Shown in pieces: positions 1 to 15,200 of a stretch of 64,000 nt of DNA; positions within the stretch are counted from its first letter, which is position 1, and every line of letters starts with the position of its first letter. Source of the DNA: Lytechinus pictus (taxonomy: Eukaryota); NCBI RefSeq assembly GCF_037042905.1, contig NC_087251.1:1364001-1428000 (forward strand), read 5' to 3'. A model generated the notes under the pieces. It was not told where the DNA came from. It saw only the letters and a program-made list of their open reading frames with translations, and did no database searches. The translations under genes and the position numbers were made by a program.

Positions 1-148
1 ATCGTTTGATAGGTCAACTATTTACCTTGAAATGTTGTGCACAAAGTTCTCAACTTTTACCACTAATGCTAGAATTAGTGAGAAATAAAATCCAACTGAA
101 ATTCTGTTATGATTGTTGTTATTGTAAACTTTGATTTTGACCACACAG

Positions 149-229
149 GTGTGAGAAGATCAAAAGTACCAACTCAAACCACTTTGAATTCTCTGACTTC
201 TATGCTAAGCATAGAGCTTTCAGTAGAAG
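149..229 (+). CDS. PLCB: Candidate X-Y linker cassette exon L1, 81 nt, (G)[26 protein letters not shown](G)
   Basis: ccacacag|GT...GAAG|gtactc; phase 1-1 and open; shares RR...SLTSM with the exon at 6180. Confidence 0.65.
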
Positions 230-3200
230 GTACTCTAAGTATACAGTGATGTACTGGGATATCTACTAATAATAATTCTGCTATTGGATCATCTTTTATA
301 CCTGATGGAGCTTTATCAACATTTTAATCTATCATCTGTACATACATGTTTCCTTTCCTCTATATCCTTCTATTCATGTTGATGTTCTTGTATGGTGTGT
401 ATGGATGAGGAAGAACAGATTACATGAAGTCAGCGTATTAAAGATCCTGTCTAGTGAAAATTTAAAATGAATGAACTTGATAACATAAAGGGATATAAAA
501 CAACTTGGCTTTAGTATTGCATAACATATTGAAACCTAATTTTCAGTCCCTCTTCAAAATGGCTGTCAAACAGTTAGTTTTGCAAACTTGACAATGACAC
601 AAATTGCAATGCCGATCTTGATATCAAAGACTGCGTTTGAGAGAGGTATTTTCCTATGATAGAAAATAAGGTTCTGTTTAAATAATATTGACCTATTATT
701 CATATATTTTTTTACCACTTAGACATTGTCTTTAATAAGTGTTATTAATTTAGAGTCAGAAGGGCATCCTGTTTTTGTGATAGGAGTGACTTATGCCCTT
801 TTGGCTCTTAAACTCACTTTGGGGAATGGTTATTTAATGCATTAGAAGCAAGCAGGGGTGGTAATGCTTGCTTTCTATTTGGGCTTTTGTTGATTGGTGA
901 ATTTGCATGGATCGTGCATCAGAATATATCCCTTGCATATTTACTTATAATTTTGTGTCCCTTGTTATTATTAGATTGATACATACAGTAACTTGAATAC
1001 ATAATTTGGGGTTATGTGGTCTAAATAACAATGATGGTGGTATAGTAATGTTATAGCAAACATGAGCTAATAAACCATGGTTATTAACCATACTGCTTAA
1101 GCTGTCATACTATGCCATACTGTAATTATAACTCTTCCCACAAAAATACTTGTTGGATATTATTCTTTATATGAACAAATATCCTAGTGAAGGTTGATTT
1201 GATTGGCTGATGACTTTGATTGACAGGAAAGCGTCGATTTAGCTCCACCTCCTCTTTCACCAGTTCATTTGATGCAGAAGAATCAACGGAGACTCCGCCT
1301 TCAACGATGAGACGAGGTAGACTTCCATGTTATTTTCTATCTCACTGTCTTCACCCATTAAGAACATGGCATGTGTATGGAGCATCATGAAGAACATTCA
1401 AAGCATCACTATTGTCTTGCATCTATGACTCTGTCTTATATACAGTGCAACTGATTCTGATTAATCTTACTATGGAAAGCCATCTTACTATGGAAAATTC
1501 AGCATGTTTATATTTTGTTTACAAATGGAAAATGGTGTGGAATTATTCCATTGCTGGCTTTCCATAGTAGAGAATGATTTGAACCAAGCGAAACTCTATA
1601 TAAGATTGAGTTTATTTGGGGTTATGATGGGTTTATTGATGATATTGCTACATAGGGAATCTACAGTACATATACCTATGAAATTTGGTGTGAATCTTTT
1701 CACTGTTCCTTTTCAATAAGTGAACCTTTTACCACAATTCAAGCTTCAATCAGTAGAAGTTCACTTTTGAACTTTTTAAAAGTAACTTTTTATGATAATC
1801 AACGAAAATTGAGTTTTTGATAATAGTTTGAGAAAGTATTTTAAGCTGTTTAACCCCCCATGTAGCAATGTTCTGTTTTTTTTTTAAATACATGTCTGAG
1901 AGAATGCATAATTAACTTTTTTTTCTTTCTCCTTCAAAGGACATCTACAAGGAACACTATGATCTTCTGATAAAAAAATCTGATATTAATTACAGGCTGC
2001 TGTCATCATAGCATTCTGTAGACTAAATTTGTCAGATTCATCAAATAATTTTGCATGCACACCAAACAGTGGTCTGGAGTGAACACATGTCTTGATTAGG
2101 GGAGGGGGGGGGGTAGAAAATGTGAAAGACGAGTTTAGAATATCCAGAATATGAAGAAAAAAAGAAGGGGATGATATGGGAAATCTAACAGCATGAAAAC
2201 TCCTCCTAGTCCAGAATCTTTTGATTTACCACTATCTCTACCTCTCCCTGTGTGTTGCATGCTGATGAAGTAGCATGTGTTTATATTCACACAGGGTATA
2301 ATTTCCTGAGCCCTGGTGCTTAAATATCACTACTCTACTAATATTGCCATCAAATGGTAACTCACTTGGTAATGGGTATCATCAGCCAAACAAAATTATG
2401 GATTCCATGAAGAAATTTGGATTGCAAAGTTGATAAAATATAAAATTTTATCCACCAGGGCCTTGGTATAGCATTGTAATTTAGTATGTATTTTCTTTTT
2501 AATGGCAATTGCCCATTGTGCAGCAGATCTTTATATAGAACTTTAAGAACTTAATTGAAATTTTCCCCTAGAAATAATTCCCCTATTTTGCTGGTCAGTG
2601 AGCTGTAGGATCCAATGAGATTCTGGACTAGACCCCACTATGCATAATGCATACTACCAAAGATAAATTTGAATATTGCACTTTACATTCTTCTCTTGAA
2701 CAATGATATATTTTATCTTTACCTTGACCCCATTCCAGAAAGAGAGCATTCAAATTATGCGCAAGTTCCAAATACTTGTTGTTAATTGGTTGAAAATCAT
2801 GGATCTGTAGATGAAATATTTTATTTCAGTTTATTAGTAGTTCTTTCCCTTGTAAGGCCCAACTCCCTCCACAAGAAATAGTTTCAGACAATACATGTTG
2901 GTCTTTATTCATCCAGACACTATTTAATAAAGCCTATCAGATCTTTTAATGTGACATTCTCCATTAATATAAGTTTTTTAAAGCTTTGGTTTTGAATTCG
3001 CTTTAAGAATCACTTGTTAGGAAATGCCACCTTTATGATGGCGTGGCCTTGTAATTACAATTGATTTTACAGTGTGATTGTAACTCTGGCAAACCATGCA
3101 CAAAACATGATCTCTTCAGTCCTTACTTCATTATGTTACAGTGCCCTTATCTTGAAATCTATACTTGCAAACTCTCCCCATTCAGGGAAATGAAGAGCAG

Positions 3201-6200
3201 TGTACCCTAATTAGTCTATTTCAAGAAAATATTTGCTTTCACATATATGAGGATTTTTTTTCTTGATTATCTGTCCCTAAAAACATTTCATGCATATTGT
3301 TGTATATCATATCATATTTTTACCACATGTTGCTTTGGAACAAGAAGGATATTTCTTCATATGCCTACAGACATACATTACAGTGTAGTCAAAATCATTC
3401 TTTCTCAAAGCTGCATTGTGCTAGTGTAAGTTTCAATGAAACTTACTACATTTACAATATAATCTTATGAAGTGTTTGATTATGAATGATTTCATTTTCC
3501 TATTTTGAGTAACGTTTTCAAATGAAATATATATTATAGAAAGTTTGTGTTGGGGGCAGATTATATTTTTTTTCACCCTTTAGTTGACGAATGCTCTATA
3601 TTCTGACTATTGAGATACAGATATATAAGAAACAGATATAAATGTATGAAAGTTAGGAATTTTATTTGTCAAGGGAATTTTTAAAAATACTATTAAAATG
3701 TTTTGAAATTGTCTCTTTAAATTTTTTCTTCAATTTGTGCCGTGTTGTTTGTAATGTCATCATCTCCACATTTGTTGCAATACATGTGTACGTATTCCAT
3801 TACTGAATGTTTCCAGTTAAACTCAGTTTTGTATCAGTATTCTCATTTTCCATAGACTCTATTCCGAGTTATGTTGGGACAAATTGTTGAAGAGAATTTA
3901 TCACACTCCTTGTCATCTATTAAAAGAATCAGATTGGATGTTTGTTGATATAAAACCTTGAAAGAGGATGGAAAATGAATAAACTATCAGTATTGAATCA
4001 ACAATAAAAAAAATAGGTGATATTTGATGACACTGACATAAGATTTATAATAAACATGCATTGCATACTTTGCCAATTAAATGTCAATTCATTGTACTTT
4101 GATGGTAATAAACAAAATACTGAATAAAAAAGGAATTAAAATACAAATTTCTCACATTATAGTGTTCATAAAAATCAAATTGTTTGTGAATACATAATTA
4201 CATGTGTGTATCATGTGTCTGAAGAGTACCATACCATGATGGTGATATTGTAATATGAATATGTTTATTCAATCAGATCATTGCACTTCATGTACCAATA
4301 TATTGATTCAATAAAATCTGTCACTTGTTTATATTCTGGTACCCATGCATATTTGGACTTTATACTCTAGTTTCACAAGCATTATGCTTCATATTTATAC
4401 ATACATGGCACATGTACATGGAGTATAACACTTCATATGTTTAGGCATATATACAGTATTTAGCCATAACTTACAAGTAGTATGGTTTTCTAATCACAAT
4501 GGATATTCCTTTATTTATTCCAATTATGTATGCTTCTATAATTTGTTATTATTATTGTTGTTATTGATTATTATTATTATTATCATTATTATGGTTATTA
4601 TTATCATTAGATTATTATTAATATTATTATTATTATTATCATCATCATCATTAGTAATAGTATTATTGTAATAAAATTGAATAATCTATATATTTGTTAT
4701 AAATTAATTAATCAATTAATTGATTATTCAATTAATAAATTAATAATTTATGTAAATATTTATTTAAAAAATTGGAAGGGGTTTATAAAAATGATTGTTA
4801 AGGTCTAAAATCCTGATCTCAAATGTATATGATGAATGAGAAAGGTCACTTTATTACAATGTACAGCGTATATCTATAAATGAATATGGGTACATGTATT
4901 TTCACAATTTTATGATTCACTTCTTTTAGCATATCTTTGCCAATACAGTATATGGTTGTTTTAGGATAGATATCACAAATTGAGACCTTATACCTCAAAA
5001 AAATTACTTAAAAAATAGATATTTCCAACATTTTGAAAGTATTACATGAAAATATAATTTCATTCTTTATGTAATTTCCCTTTTTCAGCCTTATGTGAAT
5101 CCATTCATAATATTCACTACAATTGTATTTCAAAGAGAATAATTAGTGCACATTATTATAATAAATAAATATAAATAAACTGTATGGATTTTTTTGAGTA
5201 AGATTGGAAATGTATTCCGCTTGAATTTCTTTTATGAAATATAAGTGTAATACTTATAATATTTGATTCATGATTGTCTTTAAAGGTCAAGTCCACCTCA
5301 GAAAAATAGTGATTAGAATCAATAGAGAAAAATCAGACAAGCACAATGCTGAAAATTTCATCAAAATCGGATGTAAAATAAGAAAGTAATGACAATCAAA
5401 GTTTCGCTTATTTTCACAAAATAGTTATATGAACGAGTCAGTTACATCCAAATGAGAGAGTTGATGATGTCACTCACTCACTATTTCTTTTGTTTTTTAT
5501 TGTTTGAATTATATAATATTTCAATTTTTACGAAATTGACAATTAGGACCTCCTTGCCTGAACCACAAAATGTTCAAATAATGGAATTTCACGTGTTCAG
5601 GGAGGAATGAAACTTCATTTCACATGACAATGACTAGAAAATCAAAATATTTCATATTTCATATAATAAAATACAAAAGAAATAGTGAGTGAGTGATGTC
5701 ATCAGTTCCCTCATTTGCATACCAACCGAGATGTGCATATAACTGTTTTGTGAAATGAAGTGAAACTTTAAAATGTCATAACTTTCTTATTTTACATCCG
5801 ATTTTGATGAAATTTTCAGTGTTATGCTTGTTGGATTTTTCTCTTTTTATTCAAATTAAGTTTTTGTTGGGATGGACTTGTCCTTTAAAAGCAACAAAAC
5901 ATTTTATTTTTGGTTAAAAAGAGTAACTTTCATATTTCTTTTGAAATCACAGGAACATTGTAAAATGTACCATGTATTGATTAAAGAATGTTTGTCTGGG
6001 ATCCCAGTATATCCATCTGTATTTTGAAATGTCTTGAATTCGATATTCGTGTTTCTCATTTGGATGTTAAGAGCAGGAAGCTAGAATGTATTTTATAAAA
6101 CATTTTTGATTACATATCAAACCCAATGCTTAATGAAGGAATGAAGATTGGCATTGACATTACTTTTTTCTGAAACCAGGTCGTCGACTTCAGAGTACGA

Positions 6201-9200
6201 CATCATTGACATCCATGGATAGCGGTGATGCTCCTGTTGATATTAGGCCTAGTCGGTCAGGTAGTACACCTAGTCTTGTTATCGCAATTGATTATCACAT
6301 TACTTATTCAAGCCTTTTCAAGCTTATTAATCATTAACTCATGGTGGTGTCACTTTCATCTCGATACAGACGAAATGGAAAAACTTACAAATGGGAGGTA
6401 TTAAACAGTATATGTTAATACTCTATTTACGCTGTAGATTTGCTACTTCCAAAGGATTTATACCTTGATATTTTCATTCTCTTTCACTTTTTGATGAAAT
6501 AGCCTTATTTCTGCTTTGCACCAATGAAGATTAATATTGATTGGTAAGGTGAAATTGTGGATTGGAAGCTTGTATGCATTGGCACACGCAAAGCTAATTT
6601 TTTTCTTTCTTTTTAATAGGGACACACATACTTGAGTTTAGATAAATTCTTTACATTGATATTTATTGTACAGTATAGGGCTTATGTTATGATGTACTAC
6701 TTTAACCTAAAATCTCTTTTATTGGTTCTTTCAAATAAAAGCATTAAATCTTTTCAAATTACTCACTTGAAAGCAGTTTCAACTAATACAATTATCTTTA
6801 TGGAAATTGCAAAAGTGCTTACTTTGTCTCTGTAGTAGTGGATTTATTCCCTTCTTGCTTTTACTAACAAGAGAGAACAATTCTATGCTCTTCAGGCTAT
6901 TATGTTTCTGCATTGATAAGCTAAGATATCTAGACCTGTACTTCTTCACTTTTAATTTTCAATTTTGCCACTTCAATTTTTTATCATATTCTAGAGCTTT
7001 TACATTATATTGCCAAAAGCAACACTTGTAATACTTGTCTGGGATGAAAATTCATGTGTTTTGAGCCGACTGTGTACATTATCATTGAATTTATCCACCA
7101 CAGCATCTCGGCGAGGTAGCAAACGTAAAATGCTCCTCCAGATTGCCGAAGTGACTTATGATGAGACTATTAACCCAGACGACCCAGGTAACCCGGGGCA
7201 ACACTGTCCAGCTTTCATATTTTCACATAGCACTGCAACTTGAGAGAAATTCAAACGCAAACAATTTCTTCTCTTTCTATCTCAAAGCATTAGAATTAGG
7301 TTACAGTAGAATTTCACAAAGTTTACAAGAGAGATCATTGGAAAATTCAACAAAGTCACATCATTAAGTGATTTCAAGTTTGGTGTTAGCACGTGTTTGT
7401 GGTGGAAGAGCACCATTTAGATTGCATTCCCTAAGTCCAGTGTATTAAAATGATTCAAATCACATTGTTAATAGACCCTTACATAAAACTTGTCTCAAGA
7501 CCAGCTTGGTGATGTACTGATGTAAAAATCAATCCAACACCAAGACCAAAAGGTCAACATCAAACTTGAAATCATCCATTGTGCTTTTCTAATATTCAAC
7601 TGAACTTGTTGACAGACTTGTATACGTATCAGCATTATTCATAGCAAATGTAAAGCTTTAAATCAATCCATGCCTAGCTAGCATTATTATCCAACATATC
7701 ATTATCATTGCAGGAGGACTTTAAAAAATGTAAAAATCCAGAGATTGATAATATCAGAAGTTAAATAAATCTAAGCAGTTGAAGCCAAATGTCATATTTT
7801 TATTTTTTTTAAATCCAATGATCTTTTCATTTTTCACTGAATCATGCACCTGTAAAATTAAGCCTTCATCACAGTGTCTTATACTTTTCAAGTTGAATTA
7901 TGGCCAAAGAGTTGCCAAAATGTTCATCCGCCCAGGAGTAAAATATATTGTGCTTAAGCTTTGCCTGTCACAAACCACAATTTGGTTACCCTGGGGATGT
8001 ATTTTAAGGATATTCTCTTGTTAGCCCTGGGGCAATCGTTGTAGAATTGTTAGGGGAAAAGACAGTGAATGAAAACTGAGGCTGAACCAGTTTTAGACTT
8101 CATACTGGGTTTGCTGGATATGTTGGAAGTGCTTCAGTTGGGATTCTATTGTGATGCTTGCTTAATACTCTGATGACCTCTGCCATTTTATGATGAGGCA
8201 TGTTTATACCTGACTTGACTTATGTTAGATTTTTAGACGGTAAAATTGAAAATAGAATTGATAATATAATCTAATAATGCTAATAGGCACATTTTTTTTA
8301 ATAGTGTTGGACATTAGCACCTTTACTGCACAGGTGCCGTATGTTGCATTTTAAAGAATTTGGTATCCATTTACTATACCCGTTTGGAGAGCGGTAAATT
8401 TATAATGTCTACAAATGATGAAGGTCCAGGGAGGGGGGGGGGGGGTGGGCGTGGGGTTGCATGTATAAAGCTAATCTAATCCTGTTATTTTGATACTTCC
8501 CAAAGTCTAACATCAGTCAGGTGGTTATGCATAGCCTTATCACATTGCTGGCTTATGTGTGTGAGGTTTGGGTGCTATGAAACTGCATGCTAATACCTTG
8601 GTCACATTTGCTCTACGACGGCCATACGACGAGTCGAAAACATTCGTTTTATTCATTTTTATTCAAACCGCCTATATGTAGCTAGTGCCAAAAAATGTTA
8701 AAACAGCTGCTTTCGACTCGCCGTACGGCCGCCGTAGAACAAATGTGACCAAGGTATATTTACACCAGGAGCTATATTCACAAAACTTAACGGAGCTGGT
8801 CACAGTATCAATCAATTACAATGGCCACAGTAGCCTACTAAGTAAGCCCACAGAGCTACAGTTTAGAAGAATGGAATATGATTTGAAAGAGCAATATAAG
8901 TGCTGATGCCATTTCTTAAAGCTATTCAAGTAAAGCTTATCATTAACACTCTTAAATTTGCAACATAATTTAAAAAAAAAAAGAACATTAATGAAATCTT
9001 GCTATTTCTGCTTATTTTTGGGGGACGTGTCTCATATTTTCTTTAAACTATTTTAACTGAGTAATTATTGCCAATTTAAGGATTGAAGCAGATTAATAAT
9101 AAAAAATAATCTACCTCTCTGGGTATATGTTTTCTGAGTATGGACCTTGGTATTTTAATTTCTTATTTGATTTGCTATACAAGGAAAGGATTTAAGAAAA

Positions 9201-12200
9201 TAATTTATATTTAAAGCTATGCATAGTAATCTGATTCTTTTATGATTTGAATAAAAAAAATTCAGCTTTAGTACCATTTTTCAAGTCTAGCACATTGCTT
9301 CGAAATAATTGGCAAAGCTTTCAAAAATGGATGATCTATAAGAATACATTTTGACCTATAATTTGATTTTAATGTTATGCCACTGATTTCTAAAATCTAC
9401 AAATTCAATGCCTTTTATTAAGCTGAGGATTCAGCATATGTTAATACATATGTGTGTATGTTTAGTAATTAATGTGTGTGTGTTTTTCATTTGTAGAACT
9501 TCTTTTATATACTTGATTACTGTGAATGATTGGGTGATAAACAATAAACAAATGTTAATGATAAATGTTTGATCATAAGCAGATACATTGCTTCTTGATA
9601 ATTGCCATTGTACTATTCACTTTTGATTACCATTACTTAACATGCTTAATGATTTAACTACATTCCACAATTTCATTATTAAAACACACTCCAAAGAAAA
9701 AATGTTACATTAAAAAATGTATTCAAGTATCATCAATAATGATGATTATTCATATACAGTGTTCATGGTGTGTTGCTGTTATGAGATGTTTTATTTAATT
9801 TGGTCAGTTTGCTTCTCAAAGAAAATCAATTTATTGCAAGTTTGAAATAAATTACTAACACTACAAGGATTTCTTCAAGCTTCTATTGGTATATGTAAAA
9901 ACAATTGCAAGGAAATTAATATAGATTGTTCAAATATGGAGGTAACTCCAAACGACCATAAACTCAGAGTTTTACCACAAATTTCATTCATTTTCATCAT
10001 AATATTTCATACTTTTCATTTCAAATCAGGTCATATATCCGAATTTCAAGCAAAACCCACAATTTTTCTCTTAAAGTACAAAGTACATAACGTACAAATC
10101 ATGTTATGCGACACTAATGATCATGACATAAATCATTATATTTAATGTACTCCTGTTTTACCAATCATTTTGTTTGTTTTGTTGTAAATTTGATGTTATG
10201 AATCAGGTTCATGTGTTAAATTATGTTTCATTTTCCTATAAGGTAATCTTTGTAATTGGTTTTTCTTTGTAAAACATGTAATGTACATGCACAGTACTTT
10301 CTGATTACAAGCTCAAATTATATATGAGCTATATACCCAGCTTTCATACATTATAACCAATTACAATGGATAGTGTCAGATCACATGTTGGAGTGCCTCT
10401 CTATAGCAAGTGGTGATTGATAGCCAATAGCGATCTGTTCTCACTCATGCCATGGATAACAAGTCATGATAACATCCGAATGTTCCTGATCACCTCTTGT
10501 TATTAACAGGTGTAATTATATTTTCATTGTGGCATATTACATTTTGCCATGGATAATGCGCATTGCTGCCATTGATTGTATAACCTATTACCCATCGTGA
10601 GTGCTTGTAATGTATTAATGACATGTTATTGATCACATATTGCAATTTACAGCATGTGGTAATAACCTGTGATGGATATGTAACTGATCACCACTGGTTA
10701 TTGATTGCGCTATCCATTATGAGTGGTTATAATCTCTGAAAGTGCACATAATGTAACAGGGATGGAATTTCATTTTACCTTCCTGTAAAATGTACACGTA
10801 CAGTACTGTGAGAACAATAAGTTAGTAAACTCTTGTTTGATGTAAAACTTCTTAAAAGTTTGAAGTACTAACATATTGCCAACGATAATTTTTTGTTGTT
10901 GCACTTTAAGTTGTTTGTTTTTATTGGAAAAGTAGCAGTAGCCTATAGAAACACATTGTATGTATGACTACTTATGTAATAAAATTGGCTCTCTTTTCAT
11001 TTCTCATTTCTTGTCAGAAAATGAAATATATGCATTACCTTTTCTAGCATACAAATGCTTTTATTATTTTCAGTTAAAATAATTACCATGATTAATGATT
11101 ACCTAATGAGATATTCCTTTATAATATTGAATAATTACATTTTGCTTTTTCTTTCACTTTAATGTCACTTTGACTTTCCTAATTATAAAACGTCCGTGAA
11201 GCATAGATTTAATCATTTATTTTATTCTTGGCTACCATTTCCTCTTATTGCTTGTATCCTGCTCATATTTCATAATTGTATTTTCCTTTACAGGTAGAAG
11301 GAGGTGGTAATGTCTGATGTTTATCCAGCTTCATTAGAAGAGACATTTCTTGTTCACAATCTATTTATATATTTCAAACATATTGTTTCCCTTAAGACAG
11401 CCTTTAATGATAGGAGATTAGTATCTGAAAGATCTGCTTTTTGTATGATAAACAGAGGGCTGCTATTATGCATTAATGCCCTTCTGGTTCTCATTAGGTT
11501 ACATATATCCTTTTTATCAGCTAAGTCTTTGACTACAGACATTTAATTTAAAAATGCATATTTTGCTCATCATTCACATAATGTGTTAAATTTGTCAAGA
11601 TTATGTTCATTTTTTTTACTCAAATAAAAAAAACCATCTTATGTTTTTTGTTTGATCATAAGAAAATGGATCATGAAACTTGTTCCCCTTATTTTATTTT
11701 CTATATTGGGGGAATGTTTATTTTTTTCTCTCTAAATCAACTAACATTGTAATATGTAAACAAATGAAGCACATGGAATATTTTGCTTCATTCTTGTCAT
11801 TGATTTTTCTTGTTGATAATTGAAGTTTTATTTGATTAATTATGTTAAATTCTGGGGTTTTTCATAAGAACTTTAAAAAGAGAACAACGTTGCTTGACAT
11901 GAATGGAGTCTTATTACATTGTTTGTAACTACTAGTTCAATAGTTGTTGCTAATCAATCATTCAAATTTCCCCTTTTATGCAACATTATTCGATGAAAAA
12001 GGAAAATTAAGCTTGAGGGGAACCGAGTCAGTGCCCATAGCTCTTGCTGAAGATACTAATATTGAAGGTATGGTTTGTGGTCAGTACATGAAAATGAATT
12101 AGTGGGACTGCATGGATGACCAGACCAATTCTTCTGACTGATTGTAAAATTGTTTGATGGTATTCTATAGTGGCCCTATAGAATGCTTGATTATGACATG

Positions 12201-15200
12201 TCATACTCCATGAATTTCATCACCTTTGTTTGCCAATTTGAAGACCTTACAATAAGTCAATTATTTCATCGGAGAACTCTGACACCTTTAATCACTTGTT
12301 GATGATGTGGGTTAAAGATCCAGACCGGACCCGAAAATGAAATTGATAAATTATATACCAATCGAAAGCTTATAAGCTACTAAATACACCAAGGTATGCT
12401 TTATGCATTTTCACCGCTTCCCAGCTGAGTATTTTTCTTAAGAATATTCCAATTATCGGGTTTCGAACCCCGCTTAGAAAATAGGCTTTATTGTGCTTTT
12501 CACCTGCCTCGAGACCGTGACGTCACGTTGTGTAAGAAGCGTCGTGATTCCATAGGTTTGTACACAAAAAAACTGGGTGATTTTTTTGCTTTCCAGATAA
12601 CGCATTTCATTCTCTCACTTCTATCACAGAGGGATATCACATATATTTTTACCCACAAGCTTGAATTTATGAAATCTGCAGTTTTGAACTAGTTTTTGCC
12701 ATATTTTATTTCCTGCGTATTTGGCGCAGATTTCAATTCTATCTGCATTAAGATTATGTATAACAACTTTTCCTGACATAGCAATTTAGGCCCAATAAGA
12801 GCCAAACAAAGAAATCACAAAAAAGGTAGTGAATAGTTGTAGGTTTACAACAATTTGAACAGTGAATAATTTTGAGTGCCATTTTCATCTGAAAACGAAA
12901 AAAAAAATGGATTCATAACATGGAAATGGAAGAAAATACCCAATGCTTTTGTACACAAACCTATGGAATCACAACCCTCCTGACACAACGTGACGTCATC
13001 ATTTCCAGGCGACGTGGGGGGTGCTCAATCGAAGCGTACTTTGGAGGAGCAGTTTCTTTGATTTTTATTTAATATTTTTAACTATTGGAAGGAGATATAT
13101 GTAATATTTTTGGTATATTCGCATTGTATGAATCATTACCTTTATTTTGATATATGATTGTTTTTACACCGGTCAGGGTCTTTAAGAATCATTTTACAAC
13201 TTTTAGTTCCCCCCCCCCCTTTATTGTTGCAGGAATAAAGTTCTCACCATAGTTTTTTTTAATCAATTATTTCAAAGATCATGACTAGAAACATCTACTT
13301 TGATGCAAACTTAGTCAAATGGTTGTGTGTGGTTGCAAACTAAACATAATATGACATTATACTCAAGCATTTGTTAAGGCCATTATAAGCACCATGCACT
13401 GGATTATGCAATTTATTTATTTTTTTTCTCTTTCATTTTGTACTCTTTGACTGAATATAAGTACTTAGTTAGGATTTAGACACATGAATATTCATAAAGG
13501 TCTGTAAATAGGAATTCCTATATTATGATGTTTCTCGTTGGGATATTGGCAAATGGAAGATATTTTAGGATTTGCATTTTAGGTGTTTAAAAAGAAATTT
13601 GGATAAGAATGAAGAAATATTAGCAATTAAAATACAAATATGTGATACTCTGTTTCTAATGAGCTTGGGTTGACAGAAGTAAAATAAATAATAAAAGTAC
13701 CATTATAGAATATTCCATTTTCCATCTATAACAGTTACCTTACATTTCTAAAATATGATTTTAAAGTTCATGTATAATTTTTCCACTATTATTTATTTTC
13801 GACCCTGAGTATGATCTTTTTCTTAGAGGTGAATGATACAAATTGCACAATTTAAGATTGAAACTAAATTTTTACCTACATCTGAATGTATCACCTTAAA
13901 CAAAATGAAAAATAAAATAAGTGACATATCTCTAGAATGTTCTTAAGTAAAACTGTATTCGTTCAAAACAAATCCTCAGTTTATCAAATTACTTTAATCA
14001 ATCAAGATGGAGAAGATTTTTTTATTTATTAGGTCTTTATACAGGGTAGCCCTTTGAATATAGAGTATTGTTCTGCCAAGGGGCCCTGTCTATACAGATA
14101 AAAACATTAAAAATATACACAATAAATTACAAAGTAAAACCTTACATAATACATGATAATAATAAACAAAACAAAATAGTATTATAATTCGGATATTAAT
14201 CACATTCACGCAAAAACATCCACACACACGAGCACACAACCTCACGCACACATACGCCTACACAAAAATAAATATATTACATTAAAAAAAAACAGAAAAC
14301 AACAATAAAAAGATCAAGCTGGTTTGAGAGATAAAGATGTGACTTTGCTTTTGAATTTAAAGTAATATATTGAACTACATTTATAATGATGTAATCAGTG
14401 TTATTTACTTCAAATATGTAAACCTACTTTAATGGGTATGTTCCTTGTTGAACTTTAAAAGCTACATTGAAACATATATATGATCCTTGCAAAAACAGTT
14501 ACATGTATTAGACAAATCTGAAGACAAGCAAAATAACTTGTTGAAAGAAGGCACTTGTACTCTTAATTTGTTAAATTAAATATTTGATGGGAAATTATTT
14601 TAAAAGCTCTTGTATGATAAAATATCTCTATCAAATTAGTTAAGTTTATCACCATTGTCCATTTAGCTGTTAGAGTCTTGAATTTTAGTATCCCAGACTA
14701 AATACAAAAATCTGTACCATTTGCAATAGTTATTATTTATACAGTGCATCCCAGAAAAAACGAAACCGAGATTAAGCGATGATTTATCATAACTTAATCA
14801 CAAATACAATAGACAAATGACCTACCAATGCAAAGGTTATAATCTCCTCTTTCATCTGATATTACTTAGATTATTCCTCATTCACGCATGATTGAGCAAA
14901 AACAATTTGAAGAAAGGATACCAAAAACTCATTTGGCGGGGGGGGGGGGGGTATCTGAATTTCAATAAGAAAATCACATGCCTAAAAAGTTAAATATCTG
15001 CTCTTTTATTTGATACCTTAATCACAAAAAATGGTCAAGAAGTAAAAAATTATGTTCCCTCGAAACGATGCTTGTATTTCCATAATTTCATTAAATAAAC
15101 GTGTTTTAACCGGTTTCCCACAGAAGCTATCGCACGGTTAACAAAATACTTAATGCATGGCTGATCGTCAACAAAATGAAGTGTCGAGTGACATGGAATG

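Noticed and set aside
1940..1962. Strong-looking acceptor (ttttctttctccttcaaag)
   Set aside because: Phase-1 reading stops after GHLQGTL and there is no donor nearby; unsupported without transcripts
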